A stretch of 32,000 bases of DNA, taken from the NCBI RefSeq assembly GCF_000189295.2, contig NC_016803.1, positions 300,001-332,000 of the forward strand, given 5' to 3'. The first letter of the stretch is position 1, and each line of letters opens with the position of its first letter. Below the pieces are notes generated by a model that made no database searches, was not told the DNA's origin, and saw only the letters and a list, made by a program, of their open reading frames with translations. Source of the stretch: Pseudodesulfovibrio mercurii (GTDB lineage Bacteria > Desulfobacterota > Desulfovibrionia > Desulfovibrionales > Desulfovibrionaceae). A program made the translations under genes and the position numbers. Shown here piece by piece: positions 9,621 through 20,506 of the stretch.

Positions 9621-11885
9621 ATGTCCGGAGACGACCTGAACAGGCAGATATTCAAGGAGGAAGCCTACGACCTCCTGATCGAACTCGAGGGCGCCCTGCT
9701 CGAACTCGAGGAAGCTCCCGACGATATGGATCTGGTCAACCAGATATTTCGGGCCCTGCATACCATCAAGGGGTCCGGTTCCATGTTCGGGTTCGAGGAG
9801 ATCGCCGCTTTCACCCACGAGGTGGAGACGGTCTTCGACATGGTCCGCAACGGCGACGTCCAGGCCACCCCGGTCCTGTGCAGCCTGGCTCTGCGCTCCC
9901 GCGACCAGATCCGGGCCATGCTCGAAGCCGAGGACGACGAGCCCGTGGCCCCGGAGGCCATGCGGGACATCCTCGACGGGTTGCGCGCCTTTGTCGAGGG
10001 GCTCGACGAGGCGGCCCCCGGCGAGGCGGCCGAACCCGCGCCCGAGTCCGTTGCCGAGGAACCGGCCGAACCCGAGGCCGAATCCGCAACCGACGACGCG
10101 TCCAACGCCACCCTGCATCGCTATGCCGTGACCCTCCGTCCCCTGGGCGGCGAGGTGGACGCCGAGGCGGTGGAGGCATTTTTCGAGGAACTGGAGCGGC
10201 TCGGGACCCTCAAGGTCGAGTCGGGCCACCGGGACACCGGCCACGGCTGGGAACTCTCCCTGGAGAGCGAGGCCGCCTGCGACGATGTCCAGGACGTGTT
10301 CTTCTTTTTGGACGCGAACCTCAAGGTCGAGGTCCGGGAGCTGGACGAAACCCCTGAACCGGCCTCCGTTGCGACCCCCGAACCGACCTCCGAATCTGTT
10401 TCCGAACCCGTTTCCGAACCGGACGAGGGGGCGGCCGAGTCCGCTCCGTCCGGCAAGCACAGGCCCGCCGCCCCGGTGGCCAGCTTCGTGGACGAGGAAG
10501 AGGAGTCCGTGCGCATCCCCATGATCGGCGAGATGCTCGTGGAGAGCGGGGACCTGACCTATGCGGACGTGGCCGAGGCCCTGACCTCCCAGAAGGGCGG
10601 GGTGGACAAGCCGTTGGGCCAGATCCTGACCGAGTCGGGCAAGGTCCCGGCGGACAAGGTGGACAACGCGGTCCGGCGGCAGGGCGAGGCCCGCGAGCAG
10701 GTGGCCGGGAAGAAGCGCCAGGAGGCCCTGAGCAGCATCCGGGTGGCGGCGGACAAGCTCGACTACCTGGTGGACCTGGTGGGCGAACTGGTCATCGTCC
10801 AGGCGCAGATCACCCAGGTGGTCAGCGAGAGGCACGACGCGGCCCTGACCCTTCTGGCCGAGGAGCTGGAGCGCTTGAGCGACGAGTTGCGCGACTCCAC
10901 GCTGGGCATCCGCATGCTGCCCATCGGCACCTCCTTCAGCAAGTTCCGGCGGCTGGTGCGCGACCTTTCGGGCGACCTGGGCAAGCAGATCACCCTGTCC
11001 ACCAGCGGCGCCGAGACCGAGCTGGACAAAACGGTCATCGAGCGGCTGGGCGACCCCCTGGTCCACCTGCTGCGCAACTCCATCGACCACGGCATCGAGC
11101 TGCCCCAGGAGCGGGTGGCCAAGGGCAAGCCCCCGCAGGGCAACATCATGCTCTCGGCCGAACACTCGGGCGGCGAGGTGCTCATTCGCATCACCGACGA
11201 CGGCAAGGGCATGTCCAGCGAGATGATCCGCGAGAAGGGCATCGAGCGGGGGCTGATCTCCAAGGACGCCGAACTGACCGAGAAGGAGCTGCTCAAGCTC
11301 ATCTTCGAGCCCGGTTTCTCCACGGCCAAGGTGGTGACCAGCGTGTCCGGCCGGGGCGTGGGCATGGACGTGGTCAAGCGCGCCATCGACTCCCTGCGCG
11401 GGACCATCGACATCGACTCCAAGCCCAACGCGGGCACGACCATCACCATCCGGCTGCCCCTGACCCTGGCCATCATCGACGGGCTCCAGGTCCGGGTGGA
11501 GAACGAATTCTACGTCATCCCCCTGTCCCTGGTGGAGGAGTGCGTGGAGCTGTCCCGCGCCGAGGTGGAGGAGTCCGGCTCCGGGCAGCGCATCCTGCAC
11601 CTGCGCGGCGAGATCGTGCCGTACATCCACATCCGCGAGTGGTTCGACATCGAGGGCGAGAACCCGCCCATCGAGCAGATCGTCATCACCGGCGTGGAGG
11701 GAAGCCGCGTCGGCATCGTGGTGGATACGGTCATCGGCGAGCACCAGACGGTCATCAAGAGCCTGGGCCGCGTGTACAAGGACGTGGAGGGCATCTCCGG
11801 AGCGACCATCAAGGGCGACGGGTCCATTGCGTTGATCCTGGACGTGCCCGGCCTGATCCGTCGGGTGATTGCCGAATCCAGATAG
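9621..11885 (+). CDS. cheA: Chemotaxis histidine kinase CheA (P1 Hpt, acidic linkers, MshEN-like insert, P3, P4 HATPase, P5 CheW-like)
   Basis: The Hpt site is [15 protein letters not shown] (His47). The dimerisation region is [20 protein letters not shown]. The N box is [12 protein letters not shown], with G boxes DDGKGM and GRGVGMDVV. The C-terminal CheW-like domain is IIDGLQV...[21 protein letters not shown] precedes the ATG. Confidence 0.93.
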   Translation: MSGDDLNRQIFKEEAYDLLIELEGALLELEEAPDDMDLVNQIFRALHTIKGSGSMFGFEEIAAFTHEVETVFDMVRNGDVQATPVLCSLALRSRDQIRAMLEAEDDEPVAPEAMRDILDGLRAFVEGLDEAAPGEAAEPAPESVAEEPAEPEAESATDDASNATLHRYAVTLRPLGGEVDAEAVEAFFEELERLGTLKVESGHRDTGHGWELSLESEAACDDVQDVFFFLDANLKVEVRELDETPEPASVATPEPTSESVSEPVSEPDEGAAESAPSGKHRPAAPVASFVDEEEESVRIPMIGEMLVESGDLTYADVAEALTSQKGGVDKPLGQILTESGKVPADKVDNAVRRQGEAREQVAGKKRQEALSSIRVAADKLDYLVDLVGELVIVQAQITQVVSERHDAALTLLAEELERLSDELRDSTLGIRMLPIGTSFSKFRRLVRDLSGDLGKQITLSTSGAETELDKTVIERLGDPLVHLLRNSIDHGIELPQERVAKGKPPQGNIMLSAEHSGGEVLIRITDDGKGMSSEMIREKGIERGLISKDAELTEKELLKLIFEPGFSTAKVVTSVSGRGVGMDVVKRAIDSLRGTIDIDSKPNAGTTITIRLPLTLAIIDGLQVRVENEFYVIPLSLVEECVELSRAEVEESGSGQRILHLRGEIVPYIHIREWFDIEGENPPIEQIVITGVEGSRVGIVVDTVIGEHQTVIKSLGRVYKDVEGISGATIKGDGSIALILDVPGLIRRVIAESR
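10512..10682 (+). other. MshEN / T2SSE_N-like double motif inside CheA (residues ~298-354)
   Basis: There are two consecutive 24-residue units, [24 protein letters not shown] and [24 protein letters not shown], separated by KGGVDK. They fit the pattern xLGxxLVxxGxLxxxxLxxxLxxQ described for MshEN/T2SSE_N repeats. The leading Arg of each unit is not conserved. Confidence 0.5.
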
Positions 11886-11904
11886 TATTTCCGAGAGGTT
11901 ATCC

Positions 11905-12972
11905 ATGCGAAAGATTCGAGTTCTCATTGTCGATGATTCCGCGGTCGTCCGGCAGACGCTCGAGGACATCCTGTCGTCCGACCCCCAGATCGAGATCATG
12001 GGCACGGCCGTGGACCCTTACGCGGCCGCCGAGCGGCTCAAGAAGGAGGTCCCGGACGTCATCACCCTGGACATCGAGATGCCGCGCATGGACGGGCTGA
12101 CCTTTTTGCGCAAGATCATGCAGCAGCGGCCCATTCCGGTGGTCATCTGCTCCTCCGTGGCCGGGGAGGGCACCTCCAACGCGGTCAAGGCCCTGGAATA
12201 CGGGGCCGTGGAGATCATCACCAAGCCCAAGGTGGGGACCAAGAAGTTTCTCGAGGAGTCGAAGATCCGGCTCATCGACAAGGTCAAGGCGGCGGCCCTG
12301 GCCGGGGCCCGGCCCGTGCGCCCGGCGGCCCCGCCGGTCCAGGTCAAGCCCAAGCTCAGCGCGGACGCGGTCATCGCCAAGGGCAAGCCCGTGGCCATGT
12401 CCCCAACGGAGAAGGTCTGCCTGGTGGGCGCGTCAACGGGCGGCACCGAGGCGCTGCGCGTCTTTCTCGAGGCCCAGCCCGAGAACTGCCCGCCCATCGC
12501 CATCGTCCAGCACATGCCCGAGCACTTCACGGCGGCGTTCGCCAACCGGCTCAACGGCATCTGCCGGATCACGGTCAAGGAGGCGGCGGACGGCGACGCC
12601 ATGATGCGCGGCCTGGCCCTGATCGCGCCGGGCGACAAGCACCTGCTCCTCAAGCGCACGGGCAACAAGTATTACGTGGAGGTCAAGGAGGGTCCCTTGG
12701 TCTCGCGGCACCGGCCCTCGGTGGACGTGCTCTTCCGCTCGGGGGCGCGGTACGGCGGGGCCAACGTGGTGGCCGCCATCATGACCGGCATGGGCGACGA
12801 CGGGGCCAAGGGCATGAAGGAGCTCAAGGACGCCGGGGCGTACACCATCGCCCAGGACGAGGCCAGCTGCGTGGTCTTCGGCATGCCCCAGGAGGCCATC
12901 AAGGAAGGCGGCGTGGACAAGGTCCTGTCCCTGGAAAAGATCGCGCCGGAGATTGTTCGAGCCTGCGGCTGA
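11905..12972 (+). CDS. cheB: Protein-glutamate methylesterase/glutaminase CheB (REC + CheB_methylest)
   Basis: ATG 11905 is preceded by GAGAGG. The REC domain is [12 protein letters not shown]...[12 protein letters not shown]. Methylesterase catalytic motifs are [10 protein letters not shown] (Ser), VQHMP (His) and GMGDDGA (Asp). Confidence 0.93.
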   Translation: MRKIRVLIVDDSAVVRQTLEDILSSDPQIEIMGTAVDPYAAAERLKKEVPDVITLDIEMPRMDGLTFLRKIMQQRPIPVVICSSVAGEGTSNAVKALEYGAVEIITKPKVGTKKFLEESKIRLIDKVKAAALAGARPVRPAAPPVQVKPKLSADAVIAKGKPVAMSPTEKVCLVGASTGGTEALRVFLEAQPENCPPIAIVQHMPEHFTAAFANRLNGICRITVKEAADGDAMMRGLALIAPGDKHLLLKRTGNKYYVEVKEGPLVSRHRPSVDVLFRSGARYGGANVVAAIMTGMGDDGAKGMKELKDAGAYTIAQDEASCVVFGMPQEAIKEGGVDKVLSLEKIAPEIVRACG

Positions 12973-13005
12973 AGCCGCGGGGAAGGGATGGGTCTTGCGG
13001 ATGGG

Positions 13006-13038
13006 CCCCTGCGGGAGGATTTCCGCAGGGGTCTTTTT
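13006..13038 (+). terminator. Rho-independent terminator after cheB
   Basis: A perfect 9-bp stem, CCCCTGCGG (13006-13014) with CCGCAGGGG (13023-13031), has an 8-nt loop and is followed by TCTTTTT. Confidence 0.75.
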
Positions 13039-13102
13039 GTCGCGTTTCGCCGGACCCCGCGGGGGGCGTCCGGGACAGGGGAGCAGGGCGCCTCCGGCCC
13101 CC

Positions 13103-13435
13103 CTAGCTGTGGCGGTAGGCGATGACGTCCACCTCTTCGCGGGTGACCATGCCTTCCCTGAGCATGCCGTCGAGCTGGTCGAGCAGGGGCTTGAGCTTGT
13201 CCGGGTGGTCCACCACCTCCACGACCACGGGCAGGTCTTCGGACAGGCGCAGGATCTTGCTGGTGTGGATCAGGGAGTTGGCCCCGAAGCCCATCAGCCC
13301 CCGGTAGACCGTGGCCCCGGCCAGGCCCAGTTCGCGGGCCCGGCGGACGATGGCGTCGGCCAGGGGCTGGCCGTCGAACTTGTCGTCCTCGCCGATGTAG
13401 ATTCTGATGCGTTCCGCCTTTTCGAGCAGTTTCAT
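13103..13435 (-). CDS. DUF190 domain protein (PII-like, CrcB-associated)
   Basis: 110 aa, with RIYIGEDDKFDGQPLADAIVRRARELGLAGATVYRGLMGFG typical of DUF190. It lies 21 nt downstream of crcB on the same strand, and GGGGGAA precedes the ATG. Confidence 0.8.
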   Translation of the reverse strand: MKLLEKAERIRIYIGEDDKFDGQPLADAIVRRARELGLAGATVYRGLMGFGANSLIHTSKILRLSEDLPVVVEVVDHPDKLKPLLDQLDGMLREGMVTREEVDVIAYRHS

Positions 13436-13456
13436 GGCGTTCCCCCGAATGGTTGG

Positions 13457-13834
13457 TTAGAGCAGGCGGCCCAGGGCGATGCCGGTCAGGACCAGGGCCA
13501 GCCCGGCCACGGACTGGCCGACCACGTTGACCAGGGCCATGGCCATCTGCGCGGACTTGACCAGGTTCGCGGTCTCGAACATGTAGGTGGAGAAGGTGGT
13601 GAAGGCGCCCATGAACCCGGTCAGGACCAGGAGCCGGACCTCGCTGCCGGGCAGCAGACGGTTCTCGAAGAACCCCCAGACCGCGCCGAAGAGCAGGCAG
13701 CCGGCCATGTTCACGGCGAAGGTGCCCGCCGGAAAGGAGCCGCCCGCCATGCGCTGGGCCACGCCGGACAGGAAATAGCGCGACAGGGTCCCGGCGGCCC
13801 CGCCCAGAGAAAGATAGAGAATTTTGGTCAGCAT
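13457..13834 (-). CDS. crcB: Fluoride ion channel CrcB/FluC
   Basis: 125 aa with four hydrophobic segments. The signatures GGAAGTLSRY and GFMGAFTTFSTY are present. ATG 13834 is preceded by AAGGA, whereas the longer ORF start at 13867 lacks an RBS. Confidence 0.88.
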   Translation of the reverse strand: MLTKILYLSLGGAAGTLSRYFLSGVAQRMAGGSFPAGTFAVNMAGCLLFGAVWGFFENRLLPGSEVRLLVLTGFMGAFTTFSTYMFETANLVKSAQMAMALVNVVGQSVAGLALVLTGIALGRLL

Positions 13835-13880
13835 TTCGATATCCTTGGCCGAGGTATACCAACACAAGGAGAGAAAGCCA

Positions 13881-14477
13881 ATGGCGCTGGAGTGCGAATT
13901 GAAATATCCGGAGGCCGACCTGGCCGCCCTGGCCGACCGGCTGCGCGCGGCCGGGGCCGGGACCTCGGGCCGCTACTTCGAGGCCAACACGGTCTACGAC
14001 CGGCCCGACCGCTCCCTGAAGCGGGAGGGCGTCCTGCTCCGATTGCGCGAGCGCCAGGGGCAGGGGGTGCTCACGGTCAAGCGGCCGCCCGCGAACCCGG
14101 TGCCGTCGGCGCTCAAGGTCTTCGAGGAGATCGAGACCGGGGTGGACGATCCCTCGGCCCTGGCCCAGGCCCTGGAGGCCGTTGGCTTTGTCCCGGCCTT
14201 CCGCTACGAGAAGGTCCGCGAGAAGTGGCGCTACATGGGTTGCGTGGTCTGCCTGGACCATCTGCCCTTCGGGGATTTCGCGGAGATCGAGGGGGAAGAG
14301 GCCTCGGTCCCGGCCTGCGCCGCCGCTCTGGGCCTGGACCCGAACCGGACCACCAAGGCCACCTACCACGGCCTGAACCTGGAGTACCGGCTTGCGAAGG
14401 GGCTGGAACCGGACGAGAATTTCGTCTTCGAGCCGGGCGAACGCGCGGCCCTGCTGGACGAAATTGAGAATCTTTGA
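13881..14477 (+). CDS. CYTH domain protein (class IV adenylate cyclase / triphosphate tunnel metalloenzyme family)
   Basis: The N-terminal ExExK signature (MALECELKY) is present. The length is ~198 aa, with basic and acidic strands (REGVLLRLRE, LTVKRP, FEEIETGV, FAEIEGEE) typical of CYTH tunnels. AAGGAGAG precedes ATG 13881. Confidence 0.72.
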   Translation: MALECELKYPEADLAALADRLRAAGAGTSGRYFEANTVYDRPDRSLKREGVLLRLRERQGQGVLTVKRPPANPVPSALKVFEEIETGVDDPSALAQALEAVGFVPAFRYEKVREKWRYMGCVVCLDHLPFGDFAEIEGEEASVPACAAALGLDPNRTTKATYHGLNLEYRLAKGLEPDENFVFEPGERAALLDEIENL

Positions 14478-14488
14478 CCGTCCGCCCT

Positions 14489-14517
14489 CGACAGCCGGGT
14501 AAAACGAATTTATATTG
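14489..14517 (+). promoter_or_regulatory. Candidate sigma70-type promoter for clpS-clpA (TCGACA-N17-TATATT)
   Basis: TCGACA at 14489-14494 and TATATT at 14512-14517 lie in the AT-enriched gap upstream of clpS. This is pattern only. Confidence 0.35.
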
Positions 14518-14557
14518 GGAGCCAGGAAATACAAAGGATTGGTGGAGTCGAACCGTT

Positions 14558-14872
14558 ATGAGCGACCCTTTTACCGGGGACCGGTCCGATTCGGAACTTC
14601 TTGGTCAACACGAGGTCAAGGAGCCGAAGAAGTACAAGGTCCTGCTGCATAATGACGATTATACGACCATGGATTTCGTGGTCGAGATTCTGGTGCGCGT
14701 CTTTCACCGGACCGAGGCGCAGGCGACGGCCATCATGCTCTCCGTGCATAACCAGGGGTACGGGGTGTGCGGCGTGTATACCGCCGAGGTGGCCGAAACC
14801 AAGGTGGACCTGGTGCACCGGCTGGCCAAGAGCGCGGGCTTTCCGCTCAAGTGCAGCATGGAAGGTGAATAG
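14558..14872 (+). CDS. clpS: ATP-dependent Clp protease adaptor ClpS
   Basis: 104 aa with the core YKVLLHNDDYTTMDFVVEILVRVFH...A...MLSVHNQGYGVCGVYTAEVAETK, diagnostic of ClpS. It sits immediately upstream of clpA. Confidence 0.93.
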   Translation: MSDPFTGDRSDSELLGQHEVKEPKKYKVLLHNDDYTTMDFVVEILVRVFHRTEAQATAIMLSVHNQGYGVCGVYTAEVAETKVDLVHRLAKSAGFPLKCSMEGE

Positions 14873-14875
14873 AAT

Positions 14876-17197
14876 ATGACGATGCTGAGCAAGGAACTGG
14901 AAAGTGCGTTGACCTCCGCGGTCAACGAGGTGAAGCGTCGGAACCACGAGTTCCTGACGCTCGAACACCTGCTGTACGCCATCTCCATCGGAGAGCAGGG
15001 CGAGGAGATCCTCGAGGCCTGCGGCGCGGAGATGGAACGGCTCAGGGACCAGCTCGGGCGATTCTTCGTGGAGAACATGGAGTCCCTGCCCGAGGGAACC
15101 GAATCCGAGGTCATCCAGACGCTCGGCGTGCGCCGCGTGTTGCAGCGCGCCGTGTGGCAGAAGAAGGCCTCGGGCAAGACCACCGTGGAGGTGGGCGACG
15201 TTCTGGCGGCCATGTTCGACGAGGAGGATTCCTACGCGGTCTACTTCCTGCGCACCCACGACGTCTCCCGGCTCGACATCCTGGAGTTCATTTCCCACGG
15301 CATGTCCATGAGCGAGGACTGGAACGACATGGGCGACGACCAGCCGTCCAAGGCCGATCCCCTGGAGGGCCGTCCCGGCGAGAAGAAGAGCCCGCTAAAG
15401 GAGTTCACGGTCAACCTGACCGACCGGGCCTCCCACGGCCTCATCGACCCGCTCATCGGCCGGACCCAGGAGCTGGAGCGGACCATCCAGGTCCTGTCCC
15501 GGCGGCGCAAGAACAACCCCATCTTCGTGGGCGATCCCGGCGTGGGCAAGACCGCCATGGCCGAGGGGCTGGCCCTGATGATCGTCGAGGGCAAGGTGCC
15601 CAAGGAGTTCATCAACGCCGAGGTCTACAGCCTGGACATGGGCTCGCTGCTCGCGGGCACCAAGTACCGGGGCGACTTCGAGGCGCGGCTCAAGGGGGTT
15701 CTGGCCGAACTCAAGCAGAACCGCGACGCCATCCTGTTCGTGGACGAGATCCACACCATCGTGGGCGCGGGCTCGGTCTCGGGCGGGTCCATGGACGCCT
15801 CCAACATCCTCAAGCCCCTGTTGCAGTCGGGCGAGATCCGCTGCATCGGCTCGACCACCTTCGAGGAGTACAAGAACCATTTCGAGAAGGACCGCGCCCT
15901 GTCGCGTCGGTTCCAGAAGATCGAGATCGCCGAGCCCACCGTTGAGGAGACCATCGCCATCCTCAAGGGCCTGCAGTCCCACTACGAGCAGTTCCACGGG
16001 GTCAACTACACCCACTTCGCCCTCAAGGCGGCGGCGGAACTGTCCGAGCGGCACATCACCGACCGCTACCTGCCGGACAAGGCCATCGACGTCATGGACG
16101 AGGTCGGCGCGCTGTACAAGCTGTCCGGCCGTCCGCGCAAGGGCGACCGCATCAAGGTGGCCGACGTGGAGAAGGTCGTGGCCCGCATGGCCCGCATCCC
16201 GGCCCGGCGGCTGACCATGTCCGACCGCGAGCGGCTCAAGAGCCTGGAAAGCGACCTCAAGGCCGTGGTTTTCGGCCAGGACGAGGCCGTGGCCGCCCTG
16301 GCCAAGTCCATCAAGCGCTCCCGCGCGGGCATGCGCCAGGCGGGCCGCCCCGTGGGCAGCTTCCTGCTGACCGGTCCCACCGGCGTGGGCAAGACCGAGC
16401 TGGCCCGCCAGCTGGCCAAGGTCCTGGGCATCGGCTTTCTGCGCTTCGACATGTCCGAGTACATGGAAAAGCACGCCGTGGCCCGGCTCATCGGCGCCCC
16501 TCCGGGCTACGTGGGCTTCGACCAGGGCGGGCTACTGACCGAGGGCGTGCGCAAGAAGCCGCACTGCGTGGTCCTGTTCGACGAGATCGAGAAGGCCCAC
16601 CCCGACGTCTTCAACATCCTGCTCCAGGTCATGGACTACGCCACCCTGACCGACAACAACGGGCGCAAGGCGGACTTCAGGCACGTCATCCTGCTGATGA
16701 CCTCCAACGCGGGGGCGCGGGAGATGTCCAAGGGCGCCATCGGCTTCAAGCGCGACGAGAATTCCGACCGCCAGGGCGAGGCCATGAAGGCGCTGGAAAA
16801 GCTCTTCAGCCCCGAGTTCCGCAACCGACTGGACGCCACCGTGACCTTCCACTCCCTGGAACAGCCGGTCATGGAGCAGATCGTGGACAAGTTCATGAAG
16901 GAGCTCAACGACCAGCTCCAGGACCGCCGCGTGGTGGTCGTCCTGACCGACAAGGCCCGGGCGCGCCTGGCCGAGCTCGGCCACGACGCGACCATGGGCG
17001 CGCGGCCCATGGGCCGGGTCATCCAGACCGAGATCAAGGACGTCATCGCGGACGAATTGCTCTTCGGCTCCCTGACCAAGGGCGGCGTGGTCACCGTGGA
17101 CGCGGCGGCCAAGAGGAAGCGGTCCGGCAAGAAGCCGGTCAGCGGCGAGTCCGGGGAGTTCACCTTCTCCTTCGACGACGTCGGACCCAAGCAATAG
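14876..17197 (+). CDS. clpA: ATP-dependent Clp protease ATP-binding subunit ClpA
   Basis: 773 aa with a Clp_N repeat, two AAA+ modules (Walker A GDPGVGKTA and GPTGVGKTE) and no long coiled-coil middle domain, so ClpA rather than ClpB. Confidence 0.93.
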   Translation: MTMLSKELESALTSAVNEVKRRNHEFLTLEHLLYAISIGEQGEEILEACGAEMERLRDQLGRFFVENMESLPEGTESEVIQTLGVRRVLQRAVWQKKASGKTTVEVGDVLAAMFDEEDSYAVYFLRTHDVSRLDILEFISHGMSMSEDWNDMGDDQPSKADPLEGRPGEKKSPLKEFTVNLTDRASHGLIDPLIGRTQELERTIQVLSRRRKNNPIFVGDPGVGKTAMAEGLALMIVEGKVPKEFINAEVYSLDMGSLLAGTKYRGDFEARLKGVLAELKQNRDAILFVDEIHTIVGAGSVSGGSMDASNILKPLLQSGEIRCIGSTTFEEYKNHFEKDRALSRRFQKIEIAEPTVEETIAILKGLQSHYEQFHGVNYTHFALKAAAELSERHITDRYLPDKAIDVMDEVGALYKLSGRPRKGDRIKVADVEKVVARMARIPARRLTMSDRERLKSLESDLKAVVFGQDEAVAALAKSIKRSRAGMRQAGRPVGSFLLTGPTGVGKTELARQLAKVLGIGFLRFDMSEYMEKHAVARLIGAPPGYVGFDQGGLLTEGVRKKPHCVVLFDEIEKAHPDVFNILLQVMDYATLTDNNGRKADFRHVILLMTSNAGAREMSKGAIGFKRDENSDRQGEAMKALEKLFSPEFRNRLDATVTFHSLEQPVMEQIVDKFMKELNDQLQDRRVVVVLTDKARARLAELGHDATMGARPMGRVIQTEIKDVIADELLFGSLTKGGVVTVDAAAKRKRSGKKPVSGESGEFTFSFDDVGPKQ

Positions 17198-17239
17198 CGA
17201 ACACCGGGGCGGCTTCGGCCGCCCCGTTCCTTACCGCCC

Positions 17240-17932
17240 ATGACCATCTACCGCCTGTTCGACGAACCCGTGTTCCCCGACCCGGAAGAGGCCGATCCGG
17301 ACGGACTGCTCGCCGTGGGCGGCGACCTGTCTCCCCAGCGGCTGCTGAACGCCTACGCCGGCGGCATCTTCCCGTGGTACGCGGAGAACTCCCCGATCCT
17401 GTGGTGGTCCACCAACCCGAGGCTGGCCCTGCGGCCCGAGGAGCTGCACGTGCCGCGCAGCCTGCGCCGGGTGCTCAACAGGGGGACCTTCACCTTCACC
17501 CTGGACACCCGCTTCGAGGCGGTCATCCGGCGCTGCGCCTGTTCGCCGCGCCCGGAGCAGGAGGGCACCTGGATCGTGGACGAGATGATCGAGGCCTACA
17601 TCCTGTTGCACCGGCTGGGCTACGCCCACAGCGTGGAGGCGTGGCAGGGCGACGACCTGGTGGGCGGGCTGTACGGCGTGTCGCTGGGCTCGATCTTCTA
17701 CGGCGAGTCCATGTTTCACAACGTGCCGGACGCCTCCAAGGCGGCCTTCGCCGTGTTCGTGGAACAGCTCCGGAAGTGGGGGTTCACCCTGATCGACTGC
17801 CAGCAGACCACGCACCATCTCCTGCGCTTCGGCGCGCGGGAGTTGCAGCGGTTCCGCTTCATGGCCATGCTGCGCGAAGGGCTGAACGCGCCCACCCGCG
17901 AGGGGGTCTGGCGGTTCGACGAGCAGGCGTGA
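17240..17932 (+). CDS. aat: Leucyl/phenylalanyl-tRNA--protein transferase
   Basis: The blocks GLLAVGGDLSPQRLLNAYAGGIFPWY, WWSTNPRLAL and GESMFH are typical of Aat. Its position after clpS-clpA completes an N-degron pathway cluster. Confidence 0.9.
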   Translation: MTIYRLFDEPVFPDPEEADPDGLLAVGGDLSPQRLLNAYAGGIFPWYAENSPILWWSTNPRLALRPEELHVPRSLRRVLNRGTFTFTLDTRFEAVIRRCACSPRPEQEGTWIVDEMIEAYILLHRLGYAHSVEAWQGDDLVGGLYGVSLGSIFYGESMFHNVPDASKAAFAVFVEQLRKWGFTLIDCQQTTHHLLRFGARELQRFRFMAMLREGLNAPTREGVWRFDEQA

Positions 17933-17939
17933 GCCGGGC

Positions 17940-18416
17940 TTAGTCCTCGTCGGCCAGGGGCAGGTGGCGGCTCAGGTCGAAGTACCCCTTGAGGGGGAAG
18001 TCGAGGGAATAGCTCGGGATTTTCTCGAACTCGATGAACCCGGCGTCCTTGCCCGGCTGAATCTCGGTGAACCCGGCCAGCCCGGTCGGGACCGGGAAGG
18101 TCAGCGGGTTGGACCGGATGGCCGTAAGCCTTGTGGAATACTGTTGTTTCAGGTAATTGACGATGAGATCGCGCTCGTCGGCCGTGAAGGATTCCAGGAC
18201 GACCTTGCGGCTCTCCGGGGAGCCGTTTCCCGGGGCGGCATCGTGCTCCATCAGGTCGCCGAGGCCGGGGTCCGACTCCTCGCCGGCACCCCAGCGGGCG
18301 CGGAACAGGTGGACCTCGACGTCGCGCCGCCCCTTGAAGCTTCTGATGACCATGGACAGGGAGTAGGCCCGCTCGCAGGGCAGGGGGGAAGCGGGAGTGG
18401 TGATGGTGATATCCAT
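17940..18416 (-). CDS. Hypothetical protein (158 aa)
   Basis: The ORF has GGAG 7 nt upstream of ATG 18416. It is convergent with aat (7-nt gap between stops) and divergent from uvrB. No family signature was recognised. Confidence 0.55.
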   Translation of the reverse strand: MDITITTPASPLPCERAYSLSMVIRSFKGRRDVEVHLFRARWGAGEESDPGLGDLMEHDAAPGNGSPESRKVVLESFTADERDLIVNYLKQQYSTRLTAIRSNPLTFPVPTGLAGFTEIQPGKDAGFIEFEKIPSYSLDFPLKGYFDLSRHLPLADED

Positions 18417-18499
18417 AGCGCTGACTCCGGATCGCGGTTGCAGGGTTTTATTGATACTTACGTGTTTTAACGGGCCAGCTCAAGCCCGGGTGCCGAAGA

Positions 18500-20503
<2,004 letters not shown>

Positions 20504-20506
20504 GGG

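Noticed and set aside
9543-12005. An 820-aa ORF antisense to cheA. Similar very long antisense or alternate-frame ORFs occur at 4611-6569(-), 7377-9251(-), 12672-14534(-), 18467-20842(-), 21109-23127(-), 24734-26785(-), 26327-28270(+) and 26298-27767(-).
   Set aside because: Their translations are Gly/Arg/Pro/Ala/His-rich low-complexity strings with no motifs. Each fully overlaps a strongly motif-supported gene on the other strand or frame. This is the classic stop-codon depletion of high-GC DNA.
13835-13930. Possible fluoride riboswitch upstream of crcB.
   Set aside because: Only 46 nt of non-coding sequence is available. The minus-strand sequence does not show the conserved riboswitch segments as I remember them. 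A proper cmsearch is still needed.
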